DNA from: Ginglymostoma cirratum
Taxonomy: Eukaryota
Direction: 5' to 3'
DNA length: 64,000 nucleotides
Assembly: GCA_024137785.1 (NCBI GenBank)
Contig: JAHRHZ010000065.1
Coordinates: 24,914,911 to 24,978,910, forward strand
Shown: one piece after another, positions 39,405 to 52,624 of the stretch
Layout: each line of letters starts with the position of its first letter
Position numbering within the stretch: position 1 is the first letter of the stretch
The notes under the pieces: generated by a model
The model's input: only the letters and a program-made list of their open reading frames with translations
Database searches by the model: none
Told to the model about the DNA's origin: nothing
Translations under genes and position numbers: made by a program

Positions 39405-40120
39405 GGAACAAGATAAGGGAGTACTCAATAAATGGCAGGACACTCAGAGGGACAAAAGGATCTTGGGGTGCTTATTCATACAGTCCCGAAGATGGCAGGA
39501 TAGTTCAATATGGTAGTTAAGGCAGCATACAGGACACTTGCCTTTATCAGCCATGGCTTAGATTATAGAAGCAGGGATGTCATGTGGACCTGTACAGGAC
39601 TTTGGTTAGTCCACATCTGGAGTACTGAGTGATGTTCTGTTCACTGTACTATATGGGATTGCAATGGAGGGGTTGCAAAGGAGATTGCCCCTGGGAAGGG
39701 GCAATTCAGCTACAAAGCCAGGTTAGATGAGCTCTAGTTGTTTTCGTTGAAATAGAGAAGGATGAGGGGGTACCTGATTGAGGTCTACAAGATTATGAAT
39801 GGCGTGAGCAGGGTGGATAAGAAGCAGCTGTGCCCCTTGGTTGAAGGGTCACAAACAAGGGGACATAATTTTAAAGCGAAAGGCAGGGGATTTGAGGGAA
39901 AAAAAACTTTTTCACCCAGAAGGTGGAGGAGATCTGGAATTCACTGCCTGCGAGGGTAGTTGAAGTGGGAAATCTTGCAACCTTTACAAAGTACTTGGCT
40001 GTGTGCTTGAAGTCTCATAACATTCAAACCTATGGACCTAGTGTGGAAAAGTGGGACTAGCATAAGTGGCAGTATATATTCGATGGGCCAAAGGACCTCT
40101 TCTGCGCTGTATGATTCCAT
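39405..40120 (+). mobile_element. CR1-like LINE 3' fragment
   Basis: ORF 39762 MRGYLIEVYKIMNG...TRGHNFK is the CR1 ORF2 end. Tail ctgtatgattccatga. Confidence 0.88.
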
Positions 40121-40281
40121 GAACCTGGAACATAGGCTTTTGAAAATTGAGAAAACAGAATCTGGTGCGGAGACACTTTTCAGTCATCTAAACACACAGT
40201 GTCCAGTCGATTGTATTGGCTTTGCAGAGGTATTACCTGAATGCTTATACAGATTTAGGGCAGTAGTTAGTTTGTTAGGGT

Positions 40282-42235
40282 GATTTATTGTTGTCACACA
40301 TATCAAGATGCAGTGAACAGTGTTCTTTTGGCGGACAGAGTGCAGAATGCTGTGTTACAGCTACAGATAATGTGCAGAGGGAGATCAGAATTAACATTTG
40401 AGATCCATTCAAAAGTCTGATAACAGCAGGGAAGAAGCTGTTCTTGAATCTGTTTGTGCGTGTATTCAAACTTGTTTATCTTCTGCCCGATGGAAGAAGA
40501 TGGAAGAGAGTATAACCGGGGTGGGAGGAGTCTTTGCTTGATTATGTTGTTTGCTTTCCCGAGGCAGCAGGAAGTATAGATGGTGTCAATGGGTGGAAGG
40601 TTGGTTTGCATGATGGACTGGGCTGTGTTCACAACTCTCTGCAATTTCGTACGGTTTTGGGAAGAGCAGTTGCCGTTCCGTATCGTGATGCATCACAGCA
40701 AGGATGCTTTCTATGGTGCATCTACAAAAATTGGTAAGTGTCTTTGTGGATGTGCCAAATTTCCTTAGCCTTCTGAGGAAGTAGAGGCGTTGTCATGCTT
40801 TGTTGATGTGGGTGGACCAGGACAGATTGTTGGCGATCATCACTCCCAGAAACTTGATGACGTGGACAACCTCTACCTCAGCACCATTAATGCTGACAGG
40901 GGTGCGCCCTCCACTCTGCTCTTTGAAGTCAATGACCAGTTCCTTCATTTTGCTGACATTGAAGAAATTGTCATCCTTACACCATGCCGCTAAGCACTCA
41001 ATCTCTGTCCTGCATTCTGTCTCTTCGTTGTTTGAGATTTGATCTAAAATGGTTGTTTTGTCAGCATACTTGTGAATGGAGTTAGGGTGGAATTTGGCTA
41101 CACAGCCATGAGATAGTGTAAGTAGCACAGTAGGGGGCTGAGAACACAGCCTTGCAGGACACTGGTGTTGAGGATTACGGTGGAGGTGGTATTGTTGCCT
41201 AGTCTTACTAATTGTGATCTATGAGTCAGAAGTTGAGGATCCAGTCACAGAGCGGGGAAACAAGACCTAGGTCTCAAAGTTAAGAGAGGAGTTTGTTTGG
41301 AACTATAACGTTGCAGGTGGAGCTGTAGTCAATAAGTAGGAGTCTGGCAAGTTACCCTTGTTATCCAGATGTTCTACAGATGAGTGTAGGGCCAGAGAAA
41401 TGGTGTCTGCTGTGGACCTGTTACGTCAGTAGAAGAACTGCAAAGCATCAAGGCAGTCTGGTAGGCCGAGGTTGATGTGAGTCTTGACTAACCTCTCAAA
41501 AGTACTTCATAATCAGAGATCAGGGCCACTAGGTGGTAAGTTATTGAGGCACGCTGCATGACTTTCCTTTGACGTCAGGATGATGGCAGTCTTCTTGAAG
41601 CAGGTGGGGACTTCAGATCACAGTAAGAAAACACTAAAGATGTCTGTGAATATTCCCAACTGGTCCACACAGGTTCTGAGTGCTTGGCGGGAGACTCCAC
41701 CCGGGCCGATTGCTTTCCATGGGTTCACTCTCAGAAAAGCTGACCTAACACCCGCAGCAGTAACCATGGGTACAGGTGCATCTGAGGCTGTTGGGATAGG
41801 TGACATCGTTTCACTGCCCTTCTATTCAATGGGAGCATAGAATGCATTCAGCTCATCGGGTAAGAATATATCATTGCCCACAACCCTGTTCGACCTTGCT
41901 TTGTAGCCCGTTATGTTGTGTAAGCCTTGTCACAAATGTTGGGTGTCCATGTGGTTAGTCTGGGTATCAAGCTTAGTTTGGTATTGTCCCTTGGCATCTC
42001 TGATAGCCTTACAAAGGTCATACCTGAATTTCCTGTAAAAGGTCAGGGTTGTCTGACTTGAATGGCTCAGATTTGGACTTCAGTAGGGAGTGGATCTCTC
42101 GGTTCATCCATGGTTGCCGATTGGGAAACATTTGGATTAACTTTTTGGGGGCACACAGTCTTCTACACACTTACTAATGAAGGTCTGTAACAGTAGTGGC
42201 ATACTTGTTTAGGTTGGCTGCTGAGTTTGTAAATA
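40282..42235 (-). mobile_element. Rex1/Babar-clade LINE fragment
   Basis: KAIGPGGVSRQALRTCVDQLGIFTDIF, KYADKTTILDQIS, NVSKMKELVIDF, KFLGVMIANNLSWSTH and RTNRFKNSFFPAVIRLLN. Confidence 0.88.
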
Positions 42236-42244
42236 TTGAAGTAG

Positions 42245-42678
42245 AGACTATCTTAGGAGTAGTTTGGGCCTGTAATTGTTGGAATTTAGGAAAAAAAGAG
42301 GCAGTTGTATTGAAATATACAAGATCCTTAAGGGACTTCATAGAGTAGAAGTGGAAAGTTTATTTCTCCTGGTGGGAGAGTCTAGGAACGGAGGACATAA
42401 TCTCAGAATAAAGGGGTCACACATTTTAGACAGAGATGAGGAGGAACTGCTTCTCTCAAAGGGTTGTAAATCTGTGGAATTCTTGACAGGAGAGGGCGGT
42501 CAAGGCAGGGTTGTTAAGTTCAAAGCTGTGATTTTTAATCAGTAAGGGAATCAAAGGTTATGGGGAAAAGGCAGAAAAGTAGAGTTGAGGATTATCAGAT
42601 TGGCCATGATTTTATTGAATAGCAGAGCAGACTCAATGGGCTGAATTCCCTACTTCTGACCCTATGGCTTATGGCCTT
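42245..42678 (+). mobile_element. CR1-like LINE 3' end
   Basis: ORF 42276 IEIYKILKGLHRVEVESLFLLVGESRNGGHNLRIKG. Confidence 0.88.
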
Positions 42679-42870
42679 ATTAAAATTCATCTTTAAGTGT
42701 CAATAATCTCTACAGAGATTGTAACTGCTGAGTATTTCTAGCATTGCAACGTTTGCTTTTGCCATAATAAAGGGGAACTTCAAAAGTAGGATTTAAAAAA
42801 TGTTTTGCTATTAGTACCAGCTCCAGTTTTAGAGTTATCCAATACACAACCAAAAAAAAACAACAAAAGC

Positions 42871-43000
42871 ATTTCTGATGAAGGGTTTAGGCCCGAAACG
42901 TCAAGTTTTCCTGCTCCTATGATGCTGCTTGACCTGCTGTGTTCATCCAGCCCCATGCTTGTTATCTCGGATTCTCCAGCATCTGCAGTACCTTTTATCT
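42871..43000 (+). mobile_element. Solo Penelope pLTR-tail unit beginning at the hammerhead motif
   Basis: Close reverse complement of 37843-37968. Confidence 0.88.
42872..42905 (+). ncRNA. Minimal type-I hammerhead ribozyme motif, best canonical core in the window
   Basis: TTT-CTGATGA-A-GGGTTTAGGCCC-GAAAC-GTC-AAG has an intact CUGAUGA/GAAA core, a GUC triplet, stem II GGGU/GCCC and a weak stem I. Confidence 0.75.
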
Positions 43001-43224
43001 CAGAAGTAATTAAAACTACTTGCACTGTAAATAAAATTTTCAATGATTTGCAGCTGCACTTAAAGCACATTTGCAGATCTATAGGATGAATTGTTGAATC
43101 TCTGTAATACATCAAAGTATCTCCACATTCAAAAACTATTTATCTCAATCACTGAGCTGTTGCAACAAATTTATACAACTGTACTTACCTTTTCTCTCCT
43201 TGTCCCTCCCACCCATTTTTAAAA

Positions 43225-43520
43225 TTTATTTGTGGGATTTAGGCATTGCTGGCTATGCCAGTATTCATTGCCAATAGGGTACTCAAGAGTCTGGAGTCAC
43301 ATTTAGGCCAGACCAATCAAGGCTGCAGATTTCCTTCATAAACGATATTCATGAACTAGATGGGTTTTTATGATAATTGACTGTGGTTAATTCCAGATTC
43401 TTATTGAATTCAGATTTCACTGTCTACCATGGTAGAATTTTAATCTACGCTATCAGAACGTTAGCCTCAGGTTCTGGATTACTGGTGCAGTGATATTACC
43501 ACTACTCAACCATCTCCTCA
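43225..43520 (-). mobile_element. Degenerate family-2 SINE
   Basis: Similar to 49195-49555 (ctggagtcacatttaggccagacc, ttattgaattcagatttc). Confidence 0.75.
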
Positions 43521-46500
43521 ATACAACAGCCTATATATGGACAGGTTAACAATCACCACAAGCATTAAAAATGCAAGATCAATACCGTGAATTAGCGCAG
43601 TAGAACCTGAATAAATTACATTGAGATGCTACATTAAACCCTAAATTGTACATTATTGATAACAAGCGTAACCATGCAAGTTCAGTATCCAAGGCCAGGG
43701 TACTGTTCCTTCCTCACTATTGCAATACAGTATTAAGCAGAAAATATCCATTTATTTTCATTGATAGGAGTTAAATAGAACTGTGGAATTACTGGACCTA
43801 GCCCAAGGAGACACCAAACACAAACAACAAACTAGTTAAAATGCACTTAGATATTTGACTTCTGACAGATCTAACATACAAGTTAGAAATAGGTGGAAAG
43901 GGAAATCCTTTCAGTTCATCATGGATATTTCACTGGTTTTATACTACGCAGAATTAAAACCTTTTCTGCAAATACATGTAAGGAAATATGTTTAATTTTG
44001 TAGCCAAAAATCAAATTAAATCAGAGCATCTGGATGTCAGCAAAGGACCACACATTTTAATAAACTGGCTCAGGTTTAAGTCTGGATTGTATCAAATTTT
44101 GAAATATCCCATAAAAGAAATGTGAAAGTTTTAAATGAACTCAATAACTCATAACTCCACTGTGTCAAAATCGAAAACATTTTAAAGAAGGAGGCTATTT
44201 CCAGTGATGTTTTCTCCCCTGCCATCTCTGTCATAATAAAAAGGAGTTTCGTCTTCATTTATATTTTATGTTCTGCAAATCAGAATTGTCTACATAAGTC
44301 CGTAACATTAACAATCTGATTTTAAAACAATTTTCACTTACAAAGGCAAAACAAGCATCTCTGCACCATTCTCATGAGTGAGCTCCTATGCAGATATCTA
44401 CATATACTGCAGATTCTATTTTAATCTTTCCTCCTTCAGCATGTGTGTCTGGAAATTTACTGGTCATGGATCTTCACCCTGAATCATAAGTCATAGACAT
44501 AACACTGTACAATGCCATCAGCAAAAATACATTTTAAATGAAGCACACCATGTCTAGATATATCACATAATTCATTAATCTCACAATAGGCTGCAGGATC
44601 TGCTTACGTAGACTTAATTACCCAAAATTCAAAAAATTTTACCTGAATTGTCAAGCATACGTGATAAGTGAACAAGTGTTTGTGTATAAAATATCTTTGA
44701 TCATCATTTCTGCTCAGGCTTTGTACACTTCCCTACACCAATTCATTCATTCATTCCCCTCATGAAACACAAGCAGATGACAAAGTGGTTTGGAGCTGCA
44801 TCCCTCGACCAAAGGTTACTGGGTTACTGTACTCGTACAATTGTTGTGACTATCAGCCATCTTACGATGGCAAATAATCTTATTGTGAATTAATCTGTAT
44901 TTCCATTTCTTCCCTTGTGTAATACATTATTCCAAACAATCAATACCAAATGATTTTACTAATGCCTGTTTATATTTATTTTTCATGGATTTCAATTTCT
45001 TCTTTTGAAGTGTGTTAAGAATATTCTAAAGTTTTTAATTGTTCTAAAATAAATATAAATTACTTGGAGCAACGTAACCTAACAAACCACCTTTTCCTTT
45101 GAAAAGAGGATTTTTAAAAGAAAAATGAAGAAGAATGACAAACACGCAAATCGTAGGCTATTCACAGGAAAAAAAATGCAACTTAAGCAGAGAATGCTCA
45201 GAAACGCCTGTCAGAAATATTGTCCCAAAATGTTTAAAAGTTTATCTAAATTAATTACAATATTGTCAGTAGCAAAAGTGACTAATACCAGTTCCACAGT
45301 AATGCTACAAGAGGTCTAAGTTTGAATGGAAATAGTTCAGGGTAAGGAATGGTAAATAATTTTTGGGAGGCAATACAAAGAGAACACAACTTAGAAGAAT
45401 AGATGTGTCAAGAAATACTGCTTTCAAATTGGTATTTTCAAATAGAATGCAGGAGATGAGAAAAGTCTTTTGAAGACTGAAAAATGAATGCTTCATTAAA
45501 AGGAAGCACACAGTAGTTGTAAGACTACCCATTACTTCAAGCAAATCCAAAGTACGCTGCTGAAATGGATGCTTTATTTAGTCTGGTTGAAATCTGGTGA
45601 CATGTTTAAGTTATTGCACAAATGGCTTACTGCATAAGGTCACGCAGACAGGCGGATGGATACATGGGAGTCCAAAATAAATCCTTGCCACTAGCAACCT
45701 GCAGCCTGAACAAAATACATTTAAATCCATTTTAAACTCACCCATAATCTGCTCTCATTAATCCACACTAAATCAATCAGATAAAATCAAATATATTAAG
45801 AAGGCCAAACATATTTTCTGTAAGTATATTATAACTGTTTTAACTTACAATTTCAGAAAAAATACTGCATAGTGTTAATCATATGAAAGAATTTAATTAA
45901 AGACGGACCTGAAAAGTAATTGCACGTAACACGTGCATTTGTTCCCATGGTACCCTTGTAAACATCATTCACACATTTGACACAAAATTCAAAGAACGAA
46001 GATTTCAGTCTCTTTGACATGGAGATCATTCAGTCACTGCAGCCTCACTTGTGCTGTAGTCCTTACAAAGTAAATCCTCTTTTCCTCTTCATTTTGCAAC
46101 TGTTCCTTTTCCAGAAGCTATTCTCCTCGATGTAGTCTACTGGCAGTTACATCACCCATGTGCCAGTGTCACACCACCAGAATAATACAGGGTGCTGGCT
46201 GCAACAAGTCTGCAACAATCTCACAGACTGCTGGGTTTAATTCATTTGCATATACCTTTGGCCAAGATTCACTTTGTTTCAGGAGCCAGCCACGTAAGTA
46301 TAACACAAAAGCAGTTACTGGGATGTGGGCGTTGCTGGCACTTATTGACCACCCCTCTGTAGAAATGGCCATGTTCTGACAAGTCAAAGCATAACAGGCA
46401 TGAAACCAAGGCATCATGGGGCACTGAACTAGTTAAGAATGGATATAGCTGACTCAGTTTGACCTCTTATTGCCTTGTAACAATCGATTGTGTGCTATTA

Positions 46501-48740
46501 AATGAAATGATGATAGTTTTTAAAAGGGAAAAATTAAACCATGAGACAACCATAAAAATGCAAAACAAAATGTATTTCACACTCCAGTTCTAGGATTAAT
46601 TTAGACAAATATAATTCTAGCTAGTTAATAAAAAAATCAAATTCAAAACTGTTATGCTTCACAAAACAAGAAAAGTGAGCCAACAAGTTTTGCTATGGCC
46701 AAACAATTTCAGACAGTTCTAGATGTACAATGCATACAATGACAGAACATTCAGAACAGAAATTCATCTTGCTATTTCCAGACAGTTCATTAGAGGATGG
46801 GAGCAGACTAATCTAATAAAACAATCAGATTTTCAGGTCTGACAAAGAACTCCCCAGGTGCCAGAAGAATCAAAGGAACTCAAATGTCATTTATTGCATC
46901 AGGACAAGTCCAGAACAATACCATTTTGTAGACAGAGGGATGACTGGACTTGAAGAAGAAACAAATCCCTGAGGAATTCTGCTGTGCAAAGTTTTGTACT
47001 CAAAGATTCCATTCAGGAATGAATAATAATTGTAAAATTAATTCATGAATGGTGAAAAGATGATCTCTTACAAGTCCTCAATACAATGACAAGGTGACAA
47101 CGTTAAATGGAGAAACTAATTACAGTAAGTTAAGAGTGTGGCAGCTTGTTACAAACAGTTGGAGATTGTTATTGAGGATTCATGTTTAAGAGAATAGTCG
47201 GGAGACTTCAGACCAACTAAAACAAAGTTTTGACAACAATTCTTCATACATCCGTGCACCTGGCAGTTGTTCCAGTGGACTGAGGAGCTGACAACTTTAG
47301 AACTCTATTCAGAAGGGAGAATTAAATAAAAAGTGATAATTAATCTAATATTTCTAGTGGGTTAGCTTTTGGGGAATAGTCTGGCTTAAAGAGTATAACT
47401 CAATTCGGGACAATCAAGACAAATGTCTGAACAAATTTGTCATGTCTGACAAACATTGGTGTAATCTGAAGAAACAATATAATGAAATCAGTTACTGCAT
47501 TCTCATTCATGATTTCTTTTTAGTAACAGAACTATTATTTTTAAACACAACTCAGAAAAAAGAAACAAGCAAGAGAGCTTAATGTTTAGATTTTCCATAC
47601 ACCATTGGGTAAATTTCCAAATTACCAACTAATGGAAAATCACTCTCAGCATGTTAAATTAACAAAGATCCATGGTTTTGTACAATATCTAAATCTGGTT
47701 GTTGGGGTTGAAGGATAAAATATCTCAACACAGAACTAAATTAGGACATATTTTGTCATGTTCTATGCACTTTAACAAGTTAATCATAAAAGAAATCCAA
47801 AATCTAATCTTTTTTTAAAAAAGTACAGCAGTTTATCTATCAATTTTTTCAGTTTACATATTAATTTGCTAATAGTATTACAAAACTAATTAGTATTCTA
47901 CTCTCCTTTCAACTGCATTATGAATATAGACCAAGAACTCATTTCAGACTGGCAGCAGTTGGTTCTAACCATTGATTTCTTTGTCTTGTAGGTGTAATTA
48001 CACTACAGTACAAACAGGATAATTTAGTGACAAGGATGAAACTGTTCATGGGTTAAGATACATTTAAAAGCGAATTAAAGCCATTATGAGCCATTAGATG
48101 CAGAGAACTCTCAGAATTCTGTCCCAATATAGGAACTTACTCGTCAAGCATTATTAAAATGAACACACGTCAAAGAAAGTCAAGTTGAACAAAAGTTGCT
48201 CACAGTATCTCAGAGTTTGTGCTCAGCCTCTGCAAGGTAAAGTTCTGAATGCAAAATGACAACAGCACTGGTCAGCAGGTTTGCTAATGTTAGAATCTTC
48301 ACTAATTTTTCATTATTTTAATTTTTTTAACATCAACTTTGATATAGAGCCGAGTGCTGAAAGGTGACGTTTGGATTGTGAGCAAAAGCTTGTATTAAAA
48401 AAAAAGGAGAGACAGCAAACAAGCTGATATTTGTTTGAGGCCAGGCCTGAAAGTTAATTGCAGGTTGTTTCTTGTTACAAAGTGCTCTATAGATGCTTTG
48501 ACTCCAAAAAGAGTCCTTATACAAAAGCAGATGGCAGCTGTTGAAGGTCAACTGGACTTTGGGGGCAGGTGATCAGTCTGACAGAGAGGCCAGAGTTTGA
48601 ATTAGTTTTTGAACTCTATTTAAATCAGAAGGATTGGGCCTGTGAAAGCTACAGAAAGGTGCTTGATTGCTCCTTAGTTGTACTGTCATGATATGATACT
48701 CTCATGTTCAGAGAACAGAATCCCAGTTATTGGGATGACA

Positions 48741-49060
48741 GGGGCGGCATGGTGGCTCAGTGGTTAGCACTTCTGCTTCATAGCGCCAGGGGCCTGGGTT
48801 TGATTCCCCATTGGGCAAATGTCTGTACGGAGTTTGCACATTCTCCCCGTGTCTGTGTGGGTTTCCTCTGGGTGCTCCGGTTTCCTCCCACAGTCCAAAG
48901 ATGTGCAAGCCAGGTGGATTGACCACACTAAATTGCCCATAGTGTTCAGGGATGTGTGGATTAGGTAGGCTTGGCAAATGGGTTTGGGTGGGATTCTCTG
49001 AGGGTAGGTGTGGACTTGTTGGGCCAAAGGGCCTGTTTCCACACTGTAGGGATTCTATGA
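48741..49060 (+). mobile_element. Full-length HE1-like V-SINE
   Basis: A-box TGGCTCAGTGG, B-box GGTTTGATTCC, V-domain, and 3' tail gggcctgtttccacactgtagggattctatga of CR1/HER1 type. Confidence 0.92.
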
Positions 49061-49194
49061 GTTAATAGTTAAAAAAGCAGGAACGAAAATGCAAAAAGTC
49101 AGTGGATTTTGGCGTTGGGTAAGTCACTCAGTTATGTGTGATAACGCTTCTGGGTATAAGAAAGGAAACACAAAAAATATAATAAAAATGGAAT

Positions 49195-49555
49195 TTTTTT
49201 TCTTTATTCATTCATGGGATGACCGCGTTGCTGGCTAGACCAGCATTTATTGTCCATCTCTAATTGCCCAGAGGGCAATTAAAAGTCAAACACATTGCTC
49301 TGGATCTGGAGTCACATGTAGGCCAGACCAGCTAAGGATGGCTGTTTTCTTCCCTAAAAGGATATTAGTGAACCAGATGGGTTTTTTCCAACAATCGACA
49401 ATGGATTCATGGTCATCATTAGACTCTTAGCTCCAGATATTTATTGAATTCAAATTCCATCTGCTGTGGCAGGATTCGAACCCAGTTCCGCAGAACATTA
49501 TCCAAGTCTCTGGATTAACAATCTAGCGATAATACCACTAGGCCAAAGCCTCCCC
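49195..49555 (-). mobile_element. Full-length family-2 tRNA-derived SINE
   Basis: Reverse complement of 54118-54475, with TSD ATGGAAT (49188-49194, 49556-49562). Confidence 0.9.
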
Positions 49556-49859
49556 ATGGAATCCCAATTATAATAATAAAATGAATATTCCTCAGGAGCC
49601 TACTGAAATATATTTTCATATATCAGTGTCATCAGAAACCAAGCATGATAAAATCCCAAATGCCAGTGATGTTATGGAGTCTGCTTAAATGAATTGGCCA
49701 GATACATCTCATTTATTTTTCCCTTTTGATTCATCCCTTAACTGTGTCTGTTTGCCTGTCTTTGTGACAAAGTAGAGATAGGATCAATGAAGATTGGGTT
49801 AAAATTATAACCATTAAAGAGACAACTTTAAAATGAAACAATGAATGAGAGATGTTGAA

Positions 49860-49975
49860 GACCTGAAACAAAACTAGAAATTGTTGGAGAAACTCAGGAG
49901 TTATGGCAGCATCTTTAAGGAAGGGTCACTGCCTTTTCTTCACAGATCTGAGTTTGTCCAGCAATGTGTTTTTGA
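49860..49975. repeat. Degenerate fold-back pLTR unit
   Basis: aaattgttggagaaactcag...ggcagcatct-ttaaggaagggtcact-...cacagatctgagtttgtccagcaat has the same layout as 52220-52440. Confidence 0.55.
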
Positions 49976-51029
49976 ATTAGATTACTTTGTTGTTTAACTT
50001 TGTTCCACTAAAGTATTGTTAATAAATTGTTAAGTATTTTGTTTAGCTAGAAACCTGGTATATGGAATTAGTCATTCACAAAAATCTGTCACTGGTTACT
50101 TGAAAAGTCTGGTTAGAAATCTTGGGTCAATTGAGGATCATTGAGTATTTTAGTTTTACTGTGTTGCAAATACAGTGATAGGGAGGCTGATTTGATTTGG
50201 CAGTGTCTCCATGCCATAACATTGACAAACTCAGGTTTAAACCTCAGAGAACAGACAGCAACAAGTTCAGAGAGAGAATGAGAGTTTTGGGAAGGGGAAT
50301 GGAGAAGTTAAGGTTGCCAATGTCAAGTTGACAGTTCTTAATGAAGAGTTCAAGGATAGGTGCAATGTCAAGGGAGTGTATTAGAGACTAGCCAAAGGAT
50401 CCATGCAGCAGGGAGAGGACTCTTGCCTAGAAAAGTGAGCATGGAGGCAAAGGCAACAAAAGAAGAGTTCAACATCATGTGGTGCCTGACATTTAAAGTT
50501 CAAGTGTAAAGGGATAACACGAGTCCTCTGGTAAGCACAGATTGTTCAGTGAAGAGCAAAAGGTCAGAGGCTGCAGTGAATACGTGACCAAAGAGGTGGT
50601 ATTTGAAAGAGGAAATGGGACCACACAAAAGTGGAGGGGTGGAAGGATCCAGTGAGGTGCCAGCAATGAGGGTTATTGAAGCTTATATGATTTTAACACC
50701 TGAAAAAGGAAGAGAAAAGATTTCTTGCTAAGACTTTGAATGAGATGTAAAAGAAAATGGAAGTAGGGACCAGGACAGCTTTGAGACATTGTCAGGGAAT
50801 GCTAATAGGGAGAGAGAGGTCAACAATATGAAGTGTATGCTGCTCAAGGCACTGAGCGTTGGTCTTAGAATGTGGTGAAAACAACTGTCCCAGGAGTCTT
50901 GTATCTCTCAGAGATACCCATAATCCTGGATGGATTTCAAACACAAACGATGGAACTTCAGTTGGAAGCCACATAGGGCAATTTGGAGCCAGAAGTAGAG
51001 GCAATCTCTGACGAAGTGACTGTAACGGG

Positions 51030-51860
51030 ATATGCAATTTAGAGGTCCTGGCTAATGCACTGGAGACAAGGGTTCAAATCCAATCACAACTGGTAGAAAA
51101 ATAAATTCTGGAACTCAAAGTCAGTTCAGTAATGATGATGAAAATCCACCACTAATTGTTGTAAAACCCCATCTGGTTCACTAATGTCCATTAGAAAACA
51201 AAATCTGATTTTTTGGTCTGGCGTACAAGTGATTTCAGACCAATGGCCTTGTGATTGGAATTTAACTGCCCTCTAAAATGGACTACCAGGCCATTCAGTT
51301 CAAGGGCAATTAGGGATGGATTAAAAAATGCAGGCATCTGCTGCAGCAAAGCTAACATCCCATGAGAGAATTTAGCTATAAAAATGAATTTTGGTGAACA
51401 CCTTCTCAAACACTGAGGGAAACAGAAATCAATGAAAATGAACGAGTTGAGAGAATCTAACAATGATCCCTTGAGAGTCAATAGCATCACTATCACTGAA
51501 TCACCTATTATTAACATCTTGTGGGTTATCATTGACTAGAAATTGAACTGAACTAGCCATATAAATACTGTTGCTCCAAAAGCAGGTCAGAGGCTAGGAG
51601 TTCAATGGCAGTAACTCACCTCCTGTCTCCCCAAAGCCGGTCCACCACCACCCACAAGTTTCCCTCCAAGCCAACCATCATTTTTGGAACTTTAGTCAAC
51701 AATTTTTCTACACTCGCTGGGTCAAAAATCCCAGAACTTTTCAATAGCGCTCTGGAAGTCATTACACGAGGACTGCTGCAGATCAAGTAGGCAGCAGAAC
51801 TCCATCTTTTCCAGGACAATTGGGAATGGGCAGTAAACATTCATCTAGTTAGCAACACCA
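51030..51860 (+). mobile_element. Degenerate family-2 SINE (51030-51370) followed by a family-2 LINE 3' fragment (51460-51860)
   Basis: B-box gggttcaaatcc and tail gggcaattagggatgg. LINE block aacatcttgtgggttatcattgactagaaattgaactg resembles 31040-31080. Confidence 0.7.
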
Positions 51861-52219
51861 AAATCACACAATCTTCTTTTAAAAGTGGGTGTTCTATTTG
51901 CCTACAAAATAATTTATACACTTCCAAAGTAATCCATTGGTTCTGAAGAACAATGTAATGCTCTGAGGATGTGACATGATGCAAAATGAGGCAAGTTATT
52001 TCCCCTTCTTCCAAACAAAGACAAGATTTTTAAAAAGTAAGCATCCCTATGCATTCATATTGGCGCTTGTCTACATTTCCAAGCTTAGAGACACTAAATA
52101 AATGAAAATTGCTGCTGTGTAGACGTGCTCACATGCAGTAAGAGCCTGCATTTGCGTTGTGCCTTACCATGCCCTTATGATGTACTAATATTCCCCAGAA
52201 CTAACAAATTCTTTTTTCA

Positions 52220-52440
52220 TGAACAAAAAGTTGCTGGAAAAGCTCAGCAGGTCTGACAGCATCTGCTAAGAAAAAAATCAAAGTTAAGGTTTCCTCAGTT
52301 CTGAGGAAGGGTCACTGGACCCGAAACATTAACTCTGATTGTTTTCTTCACAGATGCTGCCAGATCGGCTCAGCTTTTCCAGAAACTTCTGTTTCGGTTC
52401 CTGATTTACAGCATCTGCAGTTCTTTCAGTTTTTATTCGG
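52220..52440 (+). mobile_element. Fold-back pLTR mini-element with hammerhead and 13-bp TSD
   Basis: TSD AATTCTTTTTTCA (52207-52219, 52441-52453). Inverted arms gttgctggaaaagctcagcaggtctgacagcatctg and cagatgctgccagatcggctcagcttttccagaaac. Confidence 0.9.
52297..52334 (+). ncRNA. Minimal type-I hammerhead ribozyme motif
   Basis: AGTT-CTGAGGA-A-GGGTC-ACTG-GACCC-GAAAC-ATT-AACT, with a perfect 5-bp stem II and 4-bp stem I. Confidence 0.75.
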
Positions 52441-52624
52441 AATTCTTTTTTCAATTGCTTTTATTGTAAGTAACCTGGTCAGTTTCAAGGGAAACAGCAT
52501 CACCTGCAAGTCAATAATAACTTCATTATACAAAGGCTCTGATTACCTTATGAGTACTTACATCAAAGAATGAGCGCATTCAGATAATATTCTGATCTAA
52601 GAAGGTAGAAATAGTAGAGAAGTA

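Noticed and set aside
48141-48244. Minus-strand segment with ttgcattcag acceptor and GA|gtaagt donor
   Set aside because: All three frames contain stops. It could be a non-coding or 5' UTR exon, but the sequence alone cannot support that.
48741-48812. tRNA genes at SINE heads (also 54118-54210)
   Set aside because: The A/B boxes continue into SINE bodies and LINE-type tails, and no complete cloverleaf is evident.
48290-50221. Solo LTR ending in CATAACA
   Set aside because: The 5' boundary and TSD could not be defined because of several nested insertions.
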